DNA from: Dissulfurispiraceae bacterium
GTDB lineage: Bacteria; Nitrospirota; Thermodesulfovibrionia; Thermodesulfovibrionales; Dissulfurispiraceae
Assembly (NCBI GenBank): GCA_035319185.1
Contig: DATHDF010000074.1
Coordinates: 77,537 to 141,536 of the forward strand
Length of the DNA stretch: 64,000 bases
Direction of reading: 5' to 3'
Both the position numbers and the translations under genes were made by a program. Below the pieces are notes generated by a model that saw nothing but the letters and a program-made list of their open reading frames with translations, searched no databases and had not been told where the DNA came from. Shown piece after piece: positions 37,862 to 45,340 of this stretch; the stretch's first letter is position 1; the number at the start of each line of letters is the position of its first letter.

Positions 37862-39249
37862 TCCTTCGTTACATTGCCGTTGAAGTCCACAGACTCGAAC
37901 GTCCAGCCGCTATTGCCTATCGCATGCGTTGCACAGGACAGGCAGGGGTCGTATGCGCGCACAATCATTTCGAGCTTGTTCTGTGTGCTCTCATCAGGAT
38001 CACCGGCGCCCATCAGTTTCATGGCAGTCTCTTTCAGGGCGTCATTGTATCCGTAGTTGTTGTGCTGGGTGGCGACGAAGATATCGACATTGCTCGCCTT
38101 ACCTTCATCGTCAAGCTCATAGCGGTGAACCAGGGTGCCTCTCGGCGCCTCGACAACGCCTATGCCGGTTCCGGCCTTTATCTCCGGCTTCACAAAAATA
38201 TCCTGCCCCGTAATGTCAGGGTCCCTCAGGAGTTCTTCGGCGCGCTCAAAGGCATAAACCAGCTCTATAAACCTTGCGAAGTGATAGCAAAGCGTCTTAT
38301 GCGCAGGTCTTGGCCATTTTGCCCTGAACCACTCGAGTTCATTCGACGCCATCTGGGTCGGTATCTGGTCGGCTATGTTAACCCTTGCCAGCGGCCCAAC
38401 GCGGAACCTTTCGCCGGTCTTCAGAACCGGGAATTTCATATAACTCCAGTTCTCGATCTTCTCTTCGACGTAATCAAAATAGGAGGCAGACTTGAACCTG
38501 GCGAGATCGCTTCCATCTTCCCTGATTACCCTGATATCGCCGTCGTAAAATGCCAGCGTGCCGTTTTCAGTGAGTCCAAGGTATGCTGTCTTTATATCTC
38601 CGAGTTCATCGACATAATCGGCGTTCTTCTCGAAAAGCACTCGCATAAGATGGCTGAACCATGCAATAGACGGTTTAATTGCGACGGCCTGCTCCGATAA
38701 TTTGCTTGCCTCTGCGGAGGACATCGGCATCACGACGCCGCCGATCCGCGCTCCTATAGGATGCACGGGGCTGCGGCCCACAATGCTGCATATGGCAGTG
38801 CCTAAAGAGCGTATTTCAAGCGCTTTTTTCACGGCCTCCTTGTTAGCCTGATACAGGCCGACAACGTTGCGCTGTTCGGGCTTGCTGTCCCTGGAGGCAA
38901 GGTCGGGCAGGCTCAGGACCGCTATAGAGAGCATATGGCTTTCGATGAACTGGCCCATTGTATGCAATTCGCGCAGCTTCTTAGCAGTCGGGGTGATCAC
39001 GGTCCCGAAGCAATCCTCTATCGCCTTGATTGACGCCAGACTGTGCGGTACCGGGCATACTCCGCAAATGCGCGAGGTCATCGACGGGAGCGACTCTGCG
39101 AGAGCGCCTTTGCAGAATTTTTCGAACCCCCTGAATTCCTGCACGCAAAACCTGACATCCGAAAGTTTTCCCTGCTCGTCCCGGATGAGGGATATCTTTC
39201 CATGGCCCTCGATGCGGGTAACCGGATTTATAGTTATCATTTTGGACAT
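37849..39249 (-). CDS. [NiFe] hydrogenase large subunit, group-3-like (cytoplasmic)
   Basis: INPVTRIEGHGKI, N-terminal Ni-ligand motif RICGVCPVPH, and C-terminal DPCLSCATH followed by a 24-aa extension (protease-processed type). Confidence 0.9.
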   Translation of the reverse strand: MSKMITINPVTRIEGHGKISLIRDEQGKLSDVRFCVQEFRGFEKFCKGALAESLPSMTSRICGVCPVPHSLASIKAIEDCFGTVITPTAKKLRELHTMGQFIESHMLSIAVLSLPDLASRDSKPEQRNVVGLYQANKEAVKKALEIRSLGTAICSIVGRSPVHPIGARIGGVVMPMSSAEASKLSEQAVAIKPSIAWFSHLMRVLFEKNADYVDELGDIKTAYLGLTENGTLAFYDGDIRVIREDGSDLARFKSASYFDYVEEKIENWSYMKFPVLKTGERFRVGPLARVNIADQIPTQMASNELEWFRAKWPRPAHKTLCYHFARFIELVYAFERAEELLRDPDITGQDIFVKPEIKAGTGIGVVEAPRGTLVHRYELDDEGKASNVDIFVATQHNNYGYNDALKETAMKLMGAGDPDESTQNKLEMIVRAYDPCLSCATHAIGNSGWTFESVDFNGNVTKEWSR

Positions 39250-39259
39250 TGGCCGCTCC

Positions 39260-40165
39260 TTATACCTTAATGCGGTGGATTAGTTTATGGATATGCTCGG
39301 AGTCCTTACCGCGCATCTCCGGCACCGACAGGGTGTAACTGTAGAATGTATGGAGGATGTCCTTAAGGCGGGACTCGACGGTCTCCACCTTTTCACCCGT
39401 AAAGTGACTTATCCTGCGCGTTAGGTCGTGGAGTATGCCATGCGTCGGTTCCACAAAGACCCGGTCGATCGGTCCGCGACAGCCTTTGCACGGCACGCCT
39501 GCATGCGTGCAGACCGCCCCGCAGCCGCAGCGGCTCACGGAACCCAGACATACGAAGCCCTGAGACAGCAGGCATTCCTCCTCATCAGGCATGTTGTCTG
39601 CCATTCTTTTTATTTCCGCACCGAGGTGCTTTTTAACTGTCCTCTTGCATTCAGCGCACACCGGCAGGTCCACCCTTTGGGGCTTCTGGCCTGAAAGCAG
39701 GCTTACCAATGTATTCCGGAGAATCCCAAGAGGCGGGGGACAGCCGGGGATATAATAGTCGACCTCGACATGGGCATCGATCGGCGAAACGCGCGGCTCA
39801 AGCAACGGCAGGCCTTCGGGGGCAAACTCGGAGCCGTATGCATTGGCCAGCAGCTCAAACGTAGCAAACGCAGAACCCATGCCCGATATGCCTCCGAACG
39901 ATGCGCATGTCCCAAGGGCAATGAGGATGTCGGCTTTTTCGCGTAATTCCTTCAGTTTCTCCACGTTTTCATGATTGCGCACGCCGCCCTCCACAAGCGC
40001 AACCGTGCAACGCTGAATCTTTTTCTCGTCCATGATAACAGGAGAATATACCAGGGCATTGTCTGCCAGGATGTCAAGCAGGTCGGTACCGAGATTGACG
40101 AGGGCCATATGGCAGCCGCAGCACGAATCTAGCGGGATCGTTGCGATCTTGACAGAAGTGCTCAT
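39260..40165 (-). CDS. [NiFe] hydrogenase small subunit, group-3-like, no Tat signal
   Basis: MSTSVKIATIPLDSCCGCHMAL, GTCASFGG, IPGCPP and a distal cluster region CLGSVSRCGCGAVCTHAGVPCKGCRGP. ATG 40165 has a GGAG RBS and an ATGA overlap with the upstream stop. The track ORF from 40282 is an extension. Confidence 0.9.
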   Translation of the reverse strand: MSTSVKIATIPLDSCCGCHMALVNLGTDLLDILADNALVYSPVIMDEKKIQRCTVALVEGGVRNHENVEKLKELREKADILIALGTCASFGGISGMGSAFATFELLANAYGSEFAPEGLPLLEPRVSPIDAHVEVDYYIPGCPPPLGILRNTLVSLLSGQKPQRVDLPVCAECKRTVKKHLGAEIKRMADNMPDEEECLLSQGFVCLGSVSRCGCGAVCTHAGVPCKGCRGPIDRVFVEPTHGILHDLTRRISHFTGEKVETVESRLKDILHTFYSYTLSVPEMRGKDSEHIHKLIHRIKV

Positions 40166-40644
40166 TTCATCTCCATAATCTTCTTGCAGGCATTTGGACC
40201 GGCGTGTTCTACATGCACGTCGACCTTCTTGCCGAGGATTTCGCCCATCATGCCGGCAAAAAGCCCGTGCGTGATGCGGCATATGACCTTATCCTGCTCA
40301 ACGCCGTGAGTCATGCATACCTGGCGCACAGGGCATTCCCTGAATACGAGACGGGCCTTTTTCACATTGCCCTCCTCGAAGATATAGTCGGCGGCGCCCT
40401 CATCCTTCCAGGGGTCAATCTGCCAAACACCCTCTTCTGCCTTCATCAGCATCTTCAGGGCGGTTTCAAGATCATCGCTCTTGTCCAGCTTTTTCCCCTC
40501 TATTTTTCCGAGGTCTTTTCCTGTCTGATACATCAGCGCATTGGCGGCCTTTCCGATCAAGGTGTCAGAGGCATGACCCAGGCTCGCCATAATCCTCAAT
40601 AGTGCACGAATATTATTTCTGTAAATATCTACATCTTCCGGCAT
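40162..40644 (-). CDS. V4R-domain (4-vinyl reductase / COG1719-like) protein, first cistron of the hydrogenase operon
   Basis: LMYQTGKDLGK in the N-terminal half. The C-terminal half (RECPVRQVC....VICRITHGLFAGMMGEILGKKVDVHVEHAGPNACKKI) fits the V4R pattern C....G...G....v.v.E....G...C. From memory, not HMM-checked. Confidence 0.6.
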   Translation of the reverse strand: MPEDVDIYRNNIRALLRIMASLGHASDTLIGKAANALMYQTGKDLGKIEGKKLDKSDDLETALKMLMKAEEGVWQIDPWKDEGAADYIFEEGNVKKARLVFRECPVRQVCMTHGVEQDKVICRITHGLFAGMMGEILGKKVDVHVEHAGPNACKKIMEMK

Positions 40645-40800
40645 ATTTTCCCCCTTCCGCTTAACGAAGCGCTTTCACGACTTCCTATGTTATCGCCGAA
40701 TCGACAAGGTCCTTTAATCCATCGCCCATCGGCAAACCGCAACCCTACGAAGTCGCGACAAGACATGCCCGGATCAGCAAGAGAAGGCGCTTCCCAGGCA

Positions 40801-40826
40801 CAAAAAGGCTGCTGCTAAAGCAGCAG
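40801..40826 (-). terminator. Rho-independent terminator at the end of the Roadblock gene
   Basis: Minus strand reads CTGCTGC-ttta-GCAGCAG followed by CCTTTTTG. The stem includes the stop codon of the Roadblock ORF. Confidence 0.6.
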
Positions 40827-41189
40827 TGCCTCAATCTGACTGACGACTTTCCTAAGATAAACGAGCAGCAGGCCCAACTTAGCCTCGGGTCCGGCGATGG
40901 CTGTGAGCACGGCATTGTCGCCGGCAGCCATAATCAATACATAACCGTTCGGGCCTTTGATATAGATCTGATCAAGCATGCCCCGGCTCAGTTCGTCAGC
41001 CGTTCTCTCTCCCAGACCAAGCATCGCTGCCGTCATTGCCGCGACACGGTCTTCCTCTATGTCCGGCGGCAGAGAACTGACAATTATCAGACCGTCCATC
41101 GACACCAGTGCGCTCGCCTCCAACCCCGGCACAGATCCCTGGGCCTGCCTAAGAAGTGTTTCCAATTGTTCTGCTAATCCAACTGCCAT
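40815..41189 (-). CDS. Roadblock/LC7 (MglB-like) domain protein
   Basis: Length of 124 aa and the pattern GLEASALVSMDGLIIVSS...AAMTAAMLGLGE...GYVLIMAAGDNAVLTAI are typical of Roadblock/LC7. Confidence 0.75.
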   Translation of the reverse strand: MAVGLAEQLETLLRQAQGSVPGLEASALVSMDGLIIVSSLPPDIEEDRVAAMTAAMLGLGERTADELSRGMLDQIYIKGPNGYVLIMAAGDNAVLTAIAGPEAKLGLLLVYLRKVVSQIEALLL

Positions 41190-41427
41190 ATTCTCCCTCC
41201 TTTAATGCATCCTTATGAAAATTAAAAACATTTTATAGCCAAGCGTTCAGTTCCTTCAAGAAATAATTGATAATTGCTTTATAAATATTTGTTATAGCTT
41301 CAACTCCCGAAAATAAGCGGTCGGGAGTAAAAAAAGTTCAAAATAAGGTATATTATATAAGACCGCTGTCCTGTTGACAGCAAACTCGCCCGGCCAAGGC
41401 GTTTCATAAACAAAAGGAGCCATCCTG

Positions 41428-41742
41428 ATGACATCGACACAGAGAATCCTTAACCTTGGAGATGACCCTGTCGAGGCGCAAGCCATTATCTCAGCCCTCG
41501 AGGAAGAAGGCGCAGCCTGCGATGTTTTCCAGGTGCATTCAACGGAAGAATTTGTAAAGGCTATCGAGCAGGGCGGTTTCGACATAATATTCACCGATTA
41601 TTCATTGCCCGGCTTCGACGGCCTTACAGCGCGCGCCATTCAAAAGGACAAGTTTTCGAAGTACACGGTGTATGTGCACTTCACCGACAAGAAACGGAAG
41701 GCCCAACCTCAAGCCGCACAGGAAACAGCGCAGCAGTCCTGA
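41428..41742 (+). CDS. Truncated/degenerate receiver (REC) domain protein
   Basis: ILNLGDDP...FDIIFTDYSLPGFDGLTA matches REC beta1-alpha3. The sequence then diverges and ends without the beta5 Lys region. Confidence 0.5.
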   Translation: MTSTQRILNLGDDPVEAQAIISALEEEGAACDVFQVHSTEEFVKAIEQGGFDIIFTDYSLPGFDGLTARAIQKDKFSKYTVYVHFTDKKRKAQPQAAQETAQQS

Positions 41743-41801
41743 GGCATTCGCCGAAGCGGCTCTGCCGGGCTTGAAGAATACAAATGTCTTGTCCGACAGG
41801 T

Positions 41802-42107
41802 TCATACTTTTATATCTATAAGGTTTTTGATGACCTGGTCTTCGGTCTGAAGCGTTTTTATGTTGGCCTTTATAGCCGACGCTTCTATCATCATATCCAC
41901 CATTTCCTTGGCTATATCGACTTCCGTATCCTGGCTCTTGCTTATGGTTACCTTGACTGCGCCATTGCCATCCTCGTTCATCATTGGTGTGGAAGGCCTG
42001 AAATCCTTGGAGTTCACGTTCGCAAGATTGTTGGCTGTCACATTCAGGCCGGTACCGTAAGCCGCTATTGCACTGAGCGCACTGCTGGATATACTGCCTA
42101 TGGGCAT
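41802..42107 (-). CDS. Orphan flagellar basal-body rod-like mini-protein (101 aa)
   Basis: GGAGGAGGGG RBS. The N-terminal LNVTANNLANVNSKDFRP fits the rod/hook signature N-[LIVM]-A-N-x-x-[ST]-x-G-[FY]-[KR] except for G to D. The C-terminal VDIAKEMVDMMIEASAIKANIKTL fits the rod C-terminal helix. Confidence 0.6.
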   Translation of the reverse strand: MPIGSISSSALSAIAAYGTGLNVTANNLANVNSKDFRPSTPMMNEDGNGAVKVTISKSQDTEVDIAKEMVDMMIEASAIKANIKTLQTEDQVIKNLIDIKV

Positions 42108-42302
42108 CGTCCCCTCCTCCTGTTCAAGTCCGCCGGTTCACTTCACCGGTCTTTTTTGGACAGATTACGACCTGATACGTTATTGTCGGCAGATGATGAA
42201 GAAACTTTAGCTGTTGCCTGGCAGGGATTCTGATTGAAAATATAGGGCTGTTTTTACATGACTTAACAATCAGCAGGCTTACGCGAATGGGGGGGTGACA
42301 AC

Positions 42303-43940
42303 GTGCGCCGAATTCGATCCCGCTTTCTTTCTCTTGAAAAGACGTTGCATGGTGCGCCAGGTCACATTTTGCGGGCCGGAGCGGCAATCCCGGCGGTCAT
42401 CTGCCTGCTTAGCCTGCTTTTGCCTGTCGACGCTGCCGCTTTCGTTACCCACGATTACCCGGCAACCTTCATCAATGAAGCTGCTCGCATCTATTTCCTT
42501 CTGGCGTGCGTACTTGTAGCATGGGCCATGCGCAGGAACAGGCTCGAAAAAGAAAGGGGCTGGCGCTACATCTTCCTTTCCGTAGTCTGTCTGATTATCT
42601 GGGACATGGTGGTATTTGCCGGCCAGTTAGCGGCTTCCAGGATTGATGAAGCACATTTCATCGGAGCGGATAGCGGATGGGATTACTTCAGAAGAAGCAT
42701 AGTTCTGCATGAAGACGACTATTTTTATTACATCGCCAGCTTCGACTATCTGATCATAGATACGGCTATGATTCTGTTCTATAAAGGCCTGCGCGAGCAT
42801 CTGATGTCCGAAGAAAAAACCCTGACCTCAGCAGCATTCCTTGTCTTGCCGCTCATGCCAGTGCTGGGAGTCTCGATTATAGGCGCTGCCGCATTTGTCG
42901 CGCTGTCGGCAGCATGCCTGTCGTCAAGCCTGAAACTTTACAGGAGCAACAGGCAGAACATCCTCTGGAATTACATGATATGGCTCACCTCAGCCCTGCT
43001 TCTATTGTCGATATCCCGCTCTGCAGGTCACATACTCCAGCACATCCTGAAAGCTGCCGGCGCCGGCGGCTTATGGAAACAGATCGAGCCGATCAGCGGC
43101 AGCATTAATATTATAAGCTTCTTCATAGCAGGTTCAATCAGTATCTTTTTCATGCGCATGTACGATATTTACGTCAGCATCATGCACGACAAAAAGGAGA
43201 TCGAAGACATCAACCTGGACCTGACTGAGCTCAATCAGGAACTGGAGGCCGTCGTTGCCGAAAGAACGATGAATCTCATGGCCCTGACGGTCGCGGACAA
43301 GGTCAGAAACCCTGCGGCAGTAATCGGGATCGTCTGCAAGCGGGTGCTCAAGATCAAGAAAGAAGATTCGCAGATAAGCTCGGAGCTCAAGGACGTTATA
43401 GACGAATGCGAAAAACTTCAAAACGTAGTCGGCGACTTCGAATCGCTGCTCAAGACAAGAAGGTCCCACTTTACGTATGAGAACCTCAATGATATCGTAC
43501 GGGATGTCATGCCGGTGGTGGCAAAGGAAGCCGAGGCAAAAGGCGTGTTGATGGCTGTACATCTTTCGGAAAATCCCATCAGGATAAATATGCAGAAAAG
43601 CCTTTTGAGAGTAGCCATATTCCATGTGCTCAGGAACGCCGTCGATGCTTCTTCCAGCGGTGGTGTAATCCGGATAACGACCATGATCGAAGAAGACAAG
43701 ATGGTGCTTACGATAACCGATGCCGGAGCCGGTATCAAGTCGGGCGATATGGAGCGGATATTCGACATTTTCTACAGTACGAAAAGCAAAGGGTTCGGGA
43801 TGGGGCTGCCCCTTGTCAAACAGATCGTCACCGAACACCTGGGAGATGTAAAGGTCGAAAGCGAGGAAAAGAAGGGCACCACTTTCAAGATGATATTTCC
43901 TTCAAGATGGAAATACGACGTTAAGGTTGCCGTTTCCTGA
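42303..43940 (+). CDS. Membrane-bound histidine-kinase-like protein lacking the phospho-acceptor His
   Basis: N-terminal region with about 7 TM helices, then a coiled coil. The DHp-like segment reads [15 protein letters not shown] where AHE(I/L)RNP is expected (Asp replaces His). The HATPase_c domain is intact (RNAVDA, DAGAGI, GFGMGL). GTG start. Confidence 0.75.
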   Translation: MRRIRSRFLSLEKTLHGAPGHILRAGAAIPAVICLLSLLLPVDAAAFVTHDYPATFINEAARIYFLLACVLVAWAMRRNRLEKERGWRYIFLSVVCLIIWDMVVFAGQLAASRIDEAHFIGADSGWDYFRRSIVLHEDDYFYYIASFDYLIIDTAMILFYKGLREHLMSEEKTLTSAAFLVLPLMPVLGVSIIGAAAFVALSAACLSSSLKLYRSNRQNILWNYMIWLTSALLLLSISRSAGHILQHILKAAGAGGLWKQIEPISGSINIISFFIAGSISIFFMRMYDIYVSIMHDKKEIEDINLDLTELNQELEAVVAERTMNLMALTVADKVRNPAAVIGIVCKRVLKIKKEDSQISSELKDVIDECEKLQNVVGDFESLLKTRRSHFTYENLNDIVRDVMPVVAKEAEAKGVLMAVHLSENPIRINMQKSLLRVAIFHVLRNAVDASSSGGVIRITTMIEEDKMVLTITDAGAGIKSGDMERIFDIFYSTKSKGFGMGLPLVKQIVTEHLGDVKVESEEKKGTTFKMIFPSRWKYDVKVAVS

Positions 43941-43966
43941 CGGATTTAGCCGCGGCCTTCGCAGTT

Positions 43967-45340
43967 TCATGCATCCGACCCGCTGATGTTGTTTATGATA
44001 TCCCAGGGAGTACTGTCCAAGATGGCCTTGAAGTCATCCGTGTTAAGACCAAGCGTGCTGAGACAGGACGCAAAGCAGTCCTGGCCTTGACGTCCGACTG
44101 CCGGGCTTGTCCAGAAGCCGCATGTTATGAGATCCGCCAAACAGACTATATGGGTCAACACAGGATCAGTCGATGCGTTTTCGGGTCTGTGATGGTATCG
44201 TATAACCTCCACAAGGTTTTCAGGAATCGACCACAGGCTTGCCAGTTGTGCGCCGACTGCCGGATGCCCGACTCCCAGGATCTCGACCTCTGCATCCTCG
44301 AGGCTCAACATATCATCTACAGTCCTGCGATAAAATAGCGGGTATCTTTTTGCCACGAAATAATCGAGAACAATCTTTCCAATGTCGTGCAAAAGCCCTG
44401 CCGTATAAGCTACAAAAGGGCTGCTCAGTCCCGTTTTACGGGCAAGGTTTTCAGCGACCATGGCATTGCCTACGGCATGATGATACAGCCTCCCTTTTAC
44501 CGTAGAATATCCGTTTTCGCATTCAGGGAAGCAACGGTGAACCGCTGAGGAAAGAATCATGGCAAGCAGTGTCTTTTCACCCAGGACCATAAGCGCCTCG
44601 TCGACCGAGTCTATGGGGGCCTTGCGGCCGCACAGCGCTGAGTTGCATAGGTTCAACACTTTTGCGGCAATGATCTGGTCCTGACGCACTTCATCAGCCA
44701 CATCCCGAAGGCTGTAACCCGCATCGGCCGTCATCCTCATTATCTTAAGCGCAATCTGGGGGATAGGTCTTACGCCTGCTATCGCATTAGAAATCTCGTC
44801 CTCAGTAGGTTTTTCCATCTCGATCATGACATTATGCGGCGGGTCAATCAGAGGACTTATTTCACACTTCAGGGTCTCGAGGTCGAGACTGAGAATCATG
44901 CCATGCATGCCTCCCGTTTCGGATTCCCTGATCGGGATTCCCTCACGGGCAAGGATATCAAGCACGATATCGGATATCCGGCCTCCGATGTCCAGATCCA
45001 GGTCACGTTCCGAGATTCTGCCCATCAGGGCCCCGCCTGCCACGACCGCCTCCAGCCGTTCCTTTCCGGCGCCTATCCTGCGAAGCTGTCCTATCAGGAG
45101 AGGGAGTCCCGTCGAGGCGTAGTTCTCTGGATGGAGGGGATTTCTGTTGTCCACAGGTGTCGGAAGCAGGATATGGATCATCCCGCCTACCTCAGCAGTG
45201 CGATCAACCAGAGCAACGCCCACGCACGTGCCGAGCAAAGCGGCAAATGTGATCTCCTTCCGTGCGCTCACGGCAAAAGTCCCGGTGCCTATATAATGTA
45301 TTTCATTTAATGCCATAACACCGCACTTTTCATGAATCAA
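43967..45340 (-). CDS. CheD-like deamidase domain fused to an HDOD domain
   Basis: N-terminal LLGTCVGVALVDRTAEVGGMIHILLP...GGALMG...ETGGMHG parallels CheD. The C-terminal half (VLNLCNSALCG...LGEKTLLAMIL...AGLLHDIGKIVL) is HDOD. Confidence 0.7.
   Translation of the reverse strand: MIHEKCGVMALNEIHYIGTGTFAVSARKEITFAALLGTCVGVALVDRTAEVGGMIHILLPTPVDNRNPLHPENYASTGLPLLIGQLRRIGAGKERLEAVVAGGALMGRISERDLDLDIGGRISDIVLDILAREGIPIRESETGGMHGMILSLDLETLKCEISPLIDPPHNVMIEMEKPTEDEISNAIAGVRPIPQIALKIMRMTADAGYSLRDVADEVRQDQIIAAKVLNLCNSALCGRKAPIDSVDEALMVLGEKTLLAMILSSAVHRCFPECENGYSTVKGRLYHHAVGNAMVAENLARKTGLSSPFVAYTAGLLHDIGKIVLDYFVAKRYPLFYRRTVDDMLSLEDAEVEILGVGHPAVGAQLASLWSIPENLVEVIRYHHRPENASTDPVLTHIVCLADLITCGFWTSPAVGRQGQDCFASCLSTLGLNTDDFKAILDSTPWDIINNISGSDA

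Noticed and set aside
37849-37950. Possibility that the large subunit is a [NiFeSe] type with an in-frame UGA
   Set aside because: The C-terminal motif is encoded as DPCLSCATH with ordinary Cys codons, and the ORF is uninterrupted.
40166-40282. Arg-rich N-terminal extension of the hydrogenase small-subunit ORF (..RRACRTRRSK..), which could be mistaken for a twin-arginine export signal
   Set aside because: The extension overlaps the V4R gene in another frame, and no RBS or hydrophobic h-region follows it. ATG 40165 has a GGAG RBS, an ATGA overlap with the upstream stop, and the canonical MSTSVKIATIPLDSCCGC start. The enzyme is therefore called cytoplasmic.
40776-40800. Sigma54-like TGG...TTGC elements upstream of the V4R/hydrogenase operon (minus strand CTGGGAAGCGCCTTCTCTTGCT)
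   Set aside because: The GG and GC elements are 17 nt apart rather than the required roughly 12 nt, so this does not fit a -24/-12 promoter.
41304-41335. Hairpin CTCCCGA-N10-TCGGGAG followed by an A-run, between the Roadblock and REC genes
   Set aside because: The A-run is on the wrong side for a minus-strand terminator, and there is no T-run for a plus-strand one. No gene ends here. It is probably incidental or part of a promoter region.
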